Position numbers and translations under genes: made by a program | The notes under the pieces: generated by a model | What the model saw: only the letters and a program-made list of their open reading frames with translations | What the model was told of the DNA's origin: nothing | Databases searched by the model: none | Source: a bacterium | Lineage (GTDB): Bacteria > Hinthialibacterota > Hinthialibacteria > Hinthialibacterales > Hinthialibacteraceae | Reading direction: 5' to 3' | Length of the DNA stretch: 64,000 nt | NCBI GenBank assembly: GCA_041946805.1 | Contig: JBHGBC010000006.1 | Span: 29,297 to 93,296 of the forward strand | Shown: in pieces, positions 9,291 to 18,197 of the stretch | Layout of the letters: every line of letters starts with the position of its first letter | How positions within the stretch are numbered: position 1 is the stretch's first letter

Positions 9291-10673
9291 ATGAAACCAA
9301 CAACCACCCTTGTTTTGCTGACATGCCTAGGGAGTTCGATTGTTGTCCTCCCGGCAATCTCGGAGGAAGTCCGGACGGCAAAATATCAGCCCGCCTGGGA
9401 ATCCCTGGACCAGCGCCCCATCCCCGCGTGGTTTGATAACGCCAAATTCGGCATCTTCGTCGTATGGGGCATTTATTCCGTCCCGGCATGGGCGCCCAAG
9501 GGAAATTACGCCGAATGGTACGGGAACTGGATGAACGACGAAAATCACCTGGTGCATTGGTTTCATGAGAAAACCTACGGGAAGGATTTCAAATATCCGG
9601 ATTTCGTGCCGATGTTCACGGCGGAGATGTTCGATCCGGAGCAATGGGCCGATCTGTTCGCGCAATCGGGAGCCCAATACGTGGTTTTGACTGCCAATTA
9701 TCACGATGGATTTTGCCTGTGGCCCAGCTCCTACAGTTGGAACTGGAACAGCGTGGACCTTAACCCCCACCGCGACCTGGTGGGCGAATTGACCGCGGCG
9801 GTGCGTTCCCGGGGCCTGACGATGGGCTGCTACTACTCGCTCTACGAATGGTATAACCCTCTGTATCGTGACAACTTGCCGGATTACGTAGAGAAACACT
9901 TCCATCCCCAGTTCAAGGAATTGGTGGAGCGGTACCAGCCCTGGATCATCTTCGCGGACGGCGAATGGGAGCAGACCAGCGAAGCCTGGCGCAGCCCGAA
10001 GCTGCTGGCCTGGCTGTTCAACGAATCGGCCGTACGCGACACCGTGGTGGTCAATGACCGCTGGGGGAAGGACACGCGCGGCGTCCATGGCGGGTATTAC
10101 ACCTCGGAATACGGCTACAAAGGCCGGGATGCCCAGCCCGGGAAGGCCGTTCAGCGCCACAAGTGGGAGGAAAACCAGGGGATCGGGGCGTCCTACGGCT
10201 TCAACCGGCTGGAAGGCCCCCAGGACTACAAGACCTCCACGCAACTGATTCACATGCTGGCCGATATCGTCAGCCAGGGGGGCAATCTGCTTCTGGATGT
10301 CGGCCCCACGGCGGACGGCCGGATTCCCGTCATCATGCAGGAGCGGCTGTTGGCTATCGGCGAATGGCTGCGGGTGAACGGCGAGGCGATTTATGGAACC
10401 CGCCCTTGGACCCACACCGGCGAGGGAGACTCCATCCGCTACACCACCAAGAAGGGCCGGGTGTACGCCATCTCCTTGCGATGGCCCGCGGGCGAGCTGC
10501 TTCTCGAAAAGCCTCAACCTTCCGAGCAGACCTCCGTGCGCCTCCTGGGATGGGATCAACCGCTGTCCTGGAAACAGGAAGGCGGCCGGATGCGGATTGC
10601 CGTCCCGCCGCTGCGGGTGAGTGATTTTCCTACCCGGCATGCGTATGTGTTTGAGTTATCGAATTTGCGGTAA
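9291..10673 (+). CDS. Alpha-L-fucosidase (GH29)
   Basis: Signal peptide; YQPAWESL, WFDNAKFGIFVVWGIYSVP, HDGFCLWPS, VVNDRWG, GGNLLLDVGP, WLRVNGEAIYGTRPW. Confidence 0.93.
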   Translation: MKPTTTLVLLTCLGSSIVVLPAISEEVRTAKYQPAWESLDQRPIPAWFDNAKFGIFVVWGIYSVPAWAPKGNYAEWYGNWMNDENHLVHWFHEKTYGKDFKYPDFVPMFTAEMFDPEQWADLFAQSGAQYVVLTANYHDGFCLWPSSYSWNWNSVDLNPHRDLVGELTAAVRSRGLTMGCYYSLYEWYNPLYRDNLPDYVEKHFHPQFKELVERYQPWIIFADGEWEQTSEAWRSPKLLAWLFNESAVRDTVVVNDRWGKDTRGVHGGYYTSEYGYKGRDAQPGKAVQRHKWEENQGIGASYGFNRLEGPQDYKTSTQLIHMLADIVSQGGNLLLDVGPTADGRIPVIMQERLLAIGEWLRVNGEAIYGTRPWTHTGEGDSIRYTTKKGRVYAISLRWPAGELLLEKPQPSEQTSVRLLGWDQPLSWKQEGGRMRIAVPPLRVSDFPTRHAYVFELSNLR

Positions 10674-10908
10674 AGGAATCGGTTGCATTGTTAAAAATGG
10701 GAGGGAAAACCGCCGGGTGAGCTGAATTCATCCGGGAATCATAGCGTAATCCATCGGATCGGCGGGAGCCTCGCCCTCCCCGGCCATGCCGGTCTGTGCG
10801 TTTTTCAGGATTGGTTTTTCAGGAAGGATCGAGTACTCTGGCAAAGGATGAAAATCGAATTGGGATGAGGGACAGGATTCCATTTTACGATCCGGGACCA
10901 ACTTGCAT

Positions 10909-12120
10909 ATGCATCAGCATTCAGGTTTGATTACCGACCCCCAGCAATTGACATCGATCGTTGAAAAAATTCGGCGCGAATGCATCATCGCGCTGGATAC
11001 CGAATTCATCCGGGAAAAAACGTTTTTCCCGGTATTGGAAATCATACAGGTCGCCACGGAACGGGAATCTTGGCTGATCGACGCGGCGGCGTTTTTGCAG
11101 ACCGGGGAGGGGCCGCTTTCCGCTCTCCGCCCCCTGCTGGATGTTTTGGAAGAGCCCTCCATTCTCAAGACCGTCCATGCCGCGCATGGTGACCAAGAGG
11201 CGATCTTTCACAGTTTCGGCATCGTGGTGAAGCCCCTGTTGGATACGGCCCTGGCGGCGGCGTTGTGTGGCTATGGCGAAAGCGTGGGGCTGGGCACGCT
11301 TTTGAAATCCATGTTGCGGGTGTCCCTTAAAAAAGTCCATTCCCGGGCGCATTGGTCCCTGCGGCCCCTGCCTGCCCAATTGTTGGAATACGCCCACGCC
11401 GACGTGATTCATCTGGTGGCGTTGGGCAAGGCCTTGCTCCATAGACTCGATCAGTTGGGACGGCGGGATTGGGCGCTGGCCCTATCCCAACAATTTGAGG
11501 ATCCCAACCTGTACGATACCAAGCCGGATGAGATCGCGCAACGGCTCTTCAAGGGCGGCCGGTTGTCTCCCAAGGATTATCCGGTCTTGTTGGAACTGGT
11601 CCGCTGGCGGGAACAGCGTATCCGGGAGATCAACGTCCCCCGCAAATGGCTTTCGGACGACAGCACGCTGATGAACCTGGCCGTGGCGCGTCCTCAAAAC
11701 GTGGATCAGCTACGGACGTTCCGGGGCATCTCCAAAAACGATCTTTCCCGGCAAGGGGAGGCCATTCTGGAAGCCATCCGCCGCGGAGAGCAGGGAGAAG
11801 CGCCCGAAGTGGAATCCCATGACCACCCCACGGCCGAGGAAGCGCGGGTGCTCGACCTGATCCGGGTTTATGTGAATCTTCTGGCGGATGAACACGCGGT
11901 CGCCGCCAAGTACCTGCTGGATTCCAGCCAATATTTCACCTTGCTTCAACTCAAACCGGATACACCGGAAGCACTGGTAGCCAAGGGCATCCTCACGCCC
12001 CAAGCCGCCGCCTTGATCGGCCAGGATCTGGTGGAATTTCTGCGCGGCAACCGGGCTCTCTCGATCCAGGATTCGCGTATCGCGGTCATCGGCACCGAAA
12101 CCGGCCCGCCCCGCCGGTAA
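10909..12120 (+). CDS. rnd: Ribonuclease D (DEDDy exonuclease + HRDC)
   Basis: IALDTEFIREKTFFP, HAAHGDQE, LDTALAA, WSLRPL...YAHADV, HRDC segment WREQRIREINVPRKWL. Confidence 0.9.
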   Translation: MHQHSGLITDPQQLTSIVEKIRRECIIALDTEFIREKTFFPVLEIIQVATERESWLIDAAAFLQTGEGPLSALRPLLDVLEEPSILKTVHAAHGDQEAIFHSFGIVVKPLLDTALAAALCGYGESVGLGTLLKSMLRVSLKKVHSRAHWSLRPLPAQLLEYAHADVIHLVALGKALLHRLDQLGRRDWALALSQQFEDPNLYDTKPDEIAQRLFKGGRLSPKDYPVLLELVRWREQRIREINVPRKWLSDDSTLMNLAVARPQNVDQLRTFRGISKNDLSRQGEAILEAIRRGEQGEAPEVESHDHPTAEEARVLDLIRVYVNLLADEHAVAAKYLLDSSQYFTLLQLKPDTPEALVAKGILTPQAAALIGQDLVEFLRGNRALSIQDSRIAVIGTETGPPRR

Positions 12121-12841
12121 GCACCGATACCTTCCTTTTTTTCACGCCCTCCTTGTTTCCATATGTCCACTTTTTTATATGTCCTGCCATGAAAATATCC
12201 TGTCATCCCTTTCACTTCTGGCAATGCACCGGCGGACGCCCACGCCGGCTCCTTTGACCTGGTACGGCATCCCCTCGGAGTATGACGAGGGTAACGCGTG
12301 TCCCCCTGGCGGATTCCGTGTCCCAACACGGCGGGAAGAAAGGCAAGATGCGGGCGGCGATCAGGTTGATTGGGAGGGAAAACGGCCGCCCCATCAGGGT
12401 GACTGTGTTAATCCCGGGACATCCCTGTACTGCCGGAACTGTTTCCCGGCAATCCGGGCAAATCCCTCCAAGCCCTGATCATTCCATCTTTTTTCCATTT
12501 CAAAGGACGCAAGTTTCAGGAAAGAAGGGCGCACGCGCGGATCGAACCGGTGAAGCAGGCCGTTAGGAATCACCGGGAGTTGATTTTGTACAGATTCCGG
12601 ACGCGGCAGGAGTTAGCGATGGTGGAAACCGTGAAACGCAGAGTGTAATTGACCATGAAAAAGAGGGTGATTCCAGCCATTTCCGACGTTGGAAATCGCC
12701 TGGCATCATACACTTGGAAATCTTCCCGCGCCGAAATTCACCCACCGTTTCTTGAAATGAAACAAAAAATCGAACTGGACAATGCCTCCCTTACCGGAGA
12801 ACGTTTCTAGTGCAAATCGGAATAACCTAGGATCCGCCGCG

Positions 12842-14308
12842 TCAAGGGGCCGGCGGTTGCCGGATTCCGGCCAACCGCGCTTTCTCCCGCAGACGTTCCG
12901 CCGCGGGTACGGGCGATGTGAATAGGGAGCGTATCAGATTGGGATGATCCTCCAAGGCCTTCACGGCATTGAGCCATGCTTCGGGATACCTCTTGCGCAT
13001 AGTCTCGGTAAGATCGAGGCCGATAGCCCAATACGCGGCGCGGGCCAATTGCGTGTCATCCACCGGCCTCGACAGACTTTTGCCGATCTCATCTTTCATG
13101 GTGGATTGCAGTACCCGCTGTTTTTCAGCCAAGTCAGGGAGAGATTCAACCGGAATGGGATTTTCGGCCGAAATCCAGAACATCATCTGGCCGTTCTCAT
13201 CCTGTTTCCGGCCCCCCTGCTCCAGGATGACTTTTCCCGCCAACTCGATCAGCCGGTTTCCATAATCCGTGATGGTCTCATTCCCTGGCATGGCGTCCCG
13301 TGTGGTGTTCCGGTACCGGTCTACAATATTCCAGCCTTGTGAGTCCAGCCACCGGCGTCCTTGGATCACGCCCACGATCGTGGCGGCGGTGGCGGCGTTG
13401 TTGTCGGCGTCCCATCCAAAGTTGAAGGCGGTGACCAGGGTCCTCACAAAATCGCCACCGCCGTAAAGCAGGGCGGCGATGGTGGATGCTGTATTCAACT
13501 CATATCCATTCCGGTCCCGCATGGCCCCGTCATGACGGCTGTAGGTTTCCTTCACCCGTTGCCGCGTGGCGCGCCAATCCCCCGGATTTTCCGCATGCCA
13601 TTCCCGCACGTCCTTCACGATCGCCCGCAAGACGCTTTTCGGGTCCAGCATGGCCAGCCCCGCGTCGAGGATTTCATCCACGTTCTGCGTGAAGAACGCC
13701 GTGGCGATCATGCCCGTGAACATTTGCGTGGCCTGGGCCGGTTCGCCTTCGATCCCGGTGTGTGTATAGTGCAGGCCGGTCCGCGCGGCGGTCTGGGGCA
13801 TTCCCGGGGCGATGAGTCCAAACGCTTCGCTGAGGAACTGCCCGGAGATATTGAAATCCGACCAGGGATTGAAGGCAAAAGTGCCCGTCCAGGGGGGAAC
13901 CAGCCCAATATCCATCAACCGGCGCGCATATTCATTGGCGCACCAGATGCGTGTATTGATATGGGTCTTCCATAGTTGAACGATTTCTTCTGGAGTTAAA
14001 AAAATCTGATTGAACCGCTGCATGCCCGCGGCATAAATCCACTCGATATCCGTGTCGTCATCCGTCCACGCCCCTTCCGGGAGCGCGGGGGTGTACGCCT
14101 CCACCGCTCCCGGTTCCGCGATATATTGCATCTCGTGAGGCAATCCGTTCAGGTTTCCGAGAATTTGACCCAGCAAGCCGCCCTGGATTTTATCGGACAG
14201 GTCATCGGCAGAGATTTTCCACCACTTCTCATCGCTGACGGCCGGCGGATTCATCACGAATCCCGCGCCTGCCAATAATACGGCCCAGAGTATTCCCTTT
14301 TTTCTCAT
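12842..14308 (-). CDS. ADP-ribosylglycohydrolase family protein with signal peptide
   Basis: DKIQGGLLGQILG, WTDDDTDIE, GWDADNNAATAATIVG; signal MRKKGILWAVLLAGAG from ATG 14308. Confidence 0.75.
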   Translation of the reverse strand: MRKKGILWAVLLAGAGFVMNPPAVSDEKWWKISADDLSDKIQGGLLGQILGNLNGLPHEMQYIAEPGAVEAYTPALPEGAWTDDDTDIEWIYAAGMQRFNQIFLTPEEIVQLWKTHINTRIWCANEYARRLMDIGLVPPWTGTFAFNPWSDFNISGQFLSEAFGLIAPGMPQTAARTGLHYTHTGIEGEPAQATQMFTGMIATAFFTQNVDEILDAGLAMLDPKSVLRAIVKDVREWHAENPGDWRATRQRVKETYSRHDGAMRDRNGYELNTASTIAALLYGGGDFVRTLVTAFNFGWDADNNAATAATIVGVIQGRRWLDSQGWNIVDRYRNTTRDAMPGNETITDYGNRLIELAGKVILEQGGRKQDENGQMMFWISAENPIPVESLPDLAEKQRVLQSTMKDEIGKSLSRPVDDTQLARAAYWAIGLDLTETMRKRYPEAWLNAVKALEDHPNLIRSLFTSPVPAAERLREKARLAGIRQPPAP

Positions 14309-14481
14309 CAAATCCTCCATCCGGATCAGGTGAAACTGACTCTCGAATCCCGCGCTGAGCAGGCAGACCTCTCTGGACCTTATCATGAGAGATCCAAAAT
14401 AATACCATCAAATTCTGTCTTGTCTTTCTAGGGAATATCAAGCACGGGGAGTCCTGTTCCCGGTGAAGATACGGGTAAGGA

Positions 14482-16143
14482 ATGGATATCGCCGACGTGG
14501 GAATCTTGATGAATCCTGGAGTGGAAAAGATGAACGCTATGTCCACGAGCCTTCCCCTCACGATATACATGGCCGTAACGGTCCTCGCAATCCAGGGAGA
14601 TGAGATGCCGGTCACGATCTTGGATTTGCCTGACGCCCAGATTGCCGCTGCCTACGAGAAAGCCGCCCAAAAAAACGTGCTGGCGGCGGTGAATCCTAAG
14701 GTCTTTCCAGGATACTGGTCGGTCTGCGCGGACGGGCAAGGATTCGGCTACGGCAACACCTATCCCTCGTTGGACGGCCACCAGATGACCGACGCGCTGC
14801 TTTGGTTGGGCCAGGTCGATACCGTAAAAGCGAATTGGGACTATGTGCGTACTTTTCAGAGACCGGATGGGCAACTCCCGCTGGCGATTCTTCCGGCCAG
14901 CGCCGGCCAGCGGATCGGACCAGCATCTTGCCAGGCGCGGGTGGATGCGAATGGCGGCCTTTATCGTCACTGGGTGCCGGGCGATCCCTTGCGGGCGCTG
15001 GCCGGTCCGACTTACATCCAGAATGCCGATGCCATCTTCCGTCATACCCAGGATCGCGAGTGGCTCCTGAAGCAACTCCCGTCCGTCAACCGGGCGGCTG
15101 ATTTTCTGGCATCGTTGGTTACGGCCGAGGGAGCGGTCAGGGGAGCGGGATATTACATTGAACGTCCCACGCGCGTCGAATACGATGGCGTCGCGCAGTG
15201 CCATGCCGTGGACGCGTTCCGGCGCGTGGCCGCCTTGAACGAAATCATGGGCAACACCGAAGCCGCCCGGAAATACCGGGAATTCGCCGGCCGGATTGAA
15301 TCTCACTTCCGCATCCGTTTTTGGCTTCAGGACCGCTTTGCCGAATACATTCACCCGGAGCGCGGACTCATAGCCAATCATGGTTTGACGGACGTAGACT
15401 GGAGTGCGATCGCCCTGGGCGCCGCCAGCCCCGAGCAGATCAGCCGGCTTTGGCCTCGGCTGAAGATTGAGACACTGTTTTACTACGGCGGGATGCCCAC
15501 CGGCATCGCCACGCTTCCCCAGAACTACGAGCCGTGGGAATCCACCTACTCCGATACGATGGATCGGGCGGCCATGGGGCGCGTCTGGTACCTGGAAGCC
15601 GGGGCGCGGGCGCGTATGGGTGACAGTCAAGGCCTCGTGGACTCGATTCAACGGGTTTGTAAGGCCGGCCGGGACAAGGAGTATTATTGGCGGGAACGGT
15701 ACAACGATCTGGGCGGCTATGGCGCGGAAAAATACTGCGAATACCCTGCCAATTTGATCCGGATCGTTCAGCATTTTCTACTGGGAGTTGAGATGCGCTT
15801 GGATGGGACGCTCGTTCTCGCTCCCACCGCGCCGGAAGAATATTGGCGGCAGGGTTTTGGACAGACTCTCGCATGGCGGGGCCGGCGCCTCCGGTACACA
15901 ATGCAGCAGGAACGATTGACAGGAACCTATTTCGGCGGCCGCCAACGGTTGGGTGTACGGTTCCCGTCCGGCGGCGGCGAAACGGAGGTCCGCGTTTCCC
16001 TCGACGGACGCGCAATTACCGCCACGCGTGAAGGCGGTTTCGTGTATGTCAATCTCCCAGCCACATCCGCGCAACAGGCATGCCGGTTTGAGATGGTTCC
16101 ATCTGGGCGGCTACCCATGTCAACAAGCCGAAACCGTAGATAA
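14482..16143 (+). CDS. Putative six-hairpin glycosidase-like protein
   Basis: 553-aa ORF; Trp/Tyr-rich helical-barrel character (DGQLP, DREWLLKQLPSVNRAADFL, HFLLGVE...LAP) and a C-terminal beta domain; true start uncertain. Confidence 0.55.
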   Translation: MDIADVGILMNPGVEKMNAMSTSLPLTIYMAVTVLAIQGDEMPVTILDLPDAQIAAAYEKAAQKNVLAAVNPKVFPGYWSVCADGQGFGYGNTYPSLDGHQMTDALLWLGQVDTVKANWDYVRTFQRPDGQLPLAILPASAGQRIGPASCQARVDANGGLYRHWVPGDPLRALAGPTYIQNADAIFRHTQDREWLLKQLPSVNRAADFLASLVTAEGAVRGAGYYIERPTRVEYDGVAQCHAVDAFRRVAALNEIMGNTEAARKYREFAGRIESHFRIRFWLQDRFAEYIHPERGLIANHGLTDVDWSAIALGAASPEQISRLWPRLKIETLFYYGGMPTGIATLPQNYEPWESTYSDTMDRAAMGRVWYLEAGARARMGDSQGLVDSIQRVCKAGRDKEYYWRERYNDLGGYGAEKYCEYPANLIRIVQHFLLGVEMRLDGTLVLAPTAPEEYWRQGFGQTLAWRGRRLRYTMQQERLTGTYFGGRQRLGVRFPSGGGETEVRVSLDGRAITATREGGFVYVNLPATSAQQACRFEMVPSGRLPMSTSRNRR

Positions 16144-16209
16144 TCAAAAGGATCTTCCGGGAAGCGCCTTCCTAATGGAGATTCTGGTATTCCATTTATT
16201 TTATGACAG

Positions 16210-16313
16210 GGGCGGGCACCAAGGTCCGCCTCTACATAATTCCCTCACCCTACTTCTCACGCAGAGGGAGAGGGCCAGGGTGAGGGAAGCCCTGAAAGGG
16301 CGCAATTCATCCT
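16210..16313 (+). repeat. Composite REP cluster between convergent genes
   Basis: GGGCGGGCACCAAGGTCCGCCTCTACA + TCCCTCACCCT...GAGGGAGAGGGCCAGGGTGAGGGAAGCCCTGAAAGGGC; the last part matches 42203-42240 inverted. Confidence 0.8.
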
Positions 16314-16576
16314 TTCTCTGCTGCCCATCGGTGTCGAGAAGCCATACGGCCTCGAAGGTTCGATCGGCTAACTGGGGATAGCGGTCCACGGCCTGGGTGC
16401 ATGTCGCGCACTCAACGGCCCCGCACGTCCAGCGGGCAATCCGGCGGGACCACGCGCGGCAGAACTCGCCATCGCCATCGAACACCAGGATGGGGTTACA
16501 GAACGTGGATTTCGGGAATGGTTCTTCGGATAAGTAACGGGGCGGAGCTCCATTTCGCATGAATTCAATGCAATAC

Positions 16577-17734
16577 TCACCGCCTTCCGGTATATGTTCC
16601 CCACCACCATTCGGATTCGTCGTTTCCATCGTAAGTTCCTGTTATCGTATTCCCGGTGATGGTTCCATCGATGCGCGTCCGGTAGCCTTCCACGTCATTC
16701 CCGGTCACCACGAATGAGTTTCCATAAATTTTACCGGTGAAGCGGCCCATGCTGCCTTCCCGTTTGGTGATTTCCACCGTGATGTCGTTTTGATCTTGTG
16801 TAATGTTGACCGTGGATGTATCCGGCAATAACGATTTTTTGGGGTACATTTCCTGGCTGTTGATTGTCCACTTCCCGGCGGCGTTGATGGTGGTGGTGGA
16901 TTTGGTCCCCGTGAATGAGCTCCAGCCCTCCGTGCGGTCATTCTCCCAGGCATACGTTCCCGAAATGGAATTCCCGTTGACCACGCCTCCCACGAAGAAA
17001 TCGTTATCCTCGTTGCCGGGGGGGAAAGAGAAAGTGAAGGTATCTCCCTCCACGTAACCCGTGAGACTGTCCGTATTGTCCGGCGTCTGGACGGTGATCT
17101 GATTTCCCGACTGGCTGAACTCGGCGATATGCACGCCATGGGTCGGCATCTTGTCCTCCCGGTATTCATCGGTCCAGGACAAGATCCAGACTCCGGTGAG
17201 ATCGGCCCGCGTTCCGGGTCTTTTCAAGGTGAAAGTCCCTTGGCTGTCCGGGGATTCATACGTGCCGGTGATGGTGTCGTTGGCCCAGACTCCTTTGATG
17301 ATGGCGGAATCCGGGGGGGCCGATACATAGGACGCCTGCAACGTATTGCCGGTTATGGAACCCAGATACCGTTCGCCCCGGTGCGTCATATCGATCATCT
17401 CCAAATCCTGGCCGTTGGAATTGATTTGAAAGATGATATAGCCGTACTCTTTGGGTACGGTCGCGAGATGCGTCATTTGGAATGTGCCGATCCATGTCCC
17501 GGCGAAGCGGGGATCCGGGACAAAGGTCGGCGTGGGAACCGGGACCGGGATTTGCGTATGCCAGGCTGTCAAAAATAACGCCAGGTCCTTCGCGTCCACG
17601 ATCCCATCGTTGTTGAAGTCCATCCGCGGATCCCACTGGGCATGGGAAGCGGCGGCCGGAAACAGAAACACGATCAGGATGAGCAATAGATAGATGAACG
17701 ATTGATACTGGGAAAATTTAGGCGAGTACTTCAT
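16577..17734 (-). CDS. Secreted protein with dockerin-like/EF-hand motif and three beta-rich repeats
   Basis: Signal peptide ending AAASHA; DFNNDGIVDAKDLALFLTAWH; PVPTPT linker; repeats FAGTW..GTFTLKR, LTGVW..SSFTGTK, AAGKW..GTYTGRR. Confidence 0.75.
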   Translation of the reverse strand: MKYSPKFSQYQSFIYLLLILIVFLFPAAASHAQWDPRMDFNNDGIVDAKDLALFLTAWHTQIPVPVPTPTFVPDPRFAGTWIGTFQMTHLATVPKEYGYIIFQINSNGQDLEMIDMTHRGERYLGSITGNTLQASYVSAPPDSAIIKGVWANDTITGTYESPDSQGTFTLKRPGTRADLTGVWILSWTDEYREDKMPTHGVHIAEFSQSGNQITVQTPDNTDSLTGYVEGDTFTFSFPPGNEDNDFFVGGVVNGNSISGTYAWENDRTEGWSSFTGTKSTTTINAAGKWTINSQEMYPKKSLLPDTSTVNITQDQNDITVEITKREGSMGRFTGKIYGNSFVVTGNDVEGYRTRIDGTITGNTITGTYDGNDESEWWWGTYTGRR

Positions 17735-18197
17735 GGGCTTTACCTTCCCTCCTGGTTCCGTTGCCGCGCGCGATGACGGGAAGCCAACCACTCCGGCCTG
17801 ATCCGGGATCGTTCCGGCAGGATGAATCGGACTGGAAATCAATCGAATGGACATAATAAACGCCATTATAGGAAGGAAGCCTGGGAATTTCTTGGGTACC
17901 CTCCAGGCTGGACGGGGGATTTCGTTGCAATACGGGCATACCGCCTGCATCGCAAATGGGATCCTGCGGGTTCCTAATGCTCCTCCTGGATCCCTGCTTT
18001 CGCGGGGATGACATCCTTATTGGACTTTTGAGGCAAGATCAGCCCAAGGGAAGAGGGGATAAGCCCCGGTTAGAGATGAAAATTTCGGCATAATGGAATG
18101 ACATGGCGTGAGGGGGGAGATGTCAACTGGCTTCCGCCCTATTCAAGGCAACATTGAAATAGCCCCGGATATAACACGGGGATAAGAACAATCTCGT

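Noticed and set aside
12500..12560. GGACGCAAG resembling a GEMM riboswitch junction
   Set aside because: No upstream GGCAAA or GNRA-capped P2, and no downstream gene on that strand
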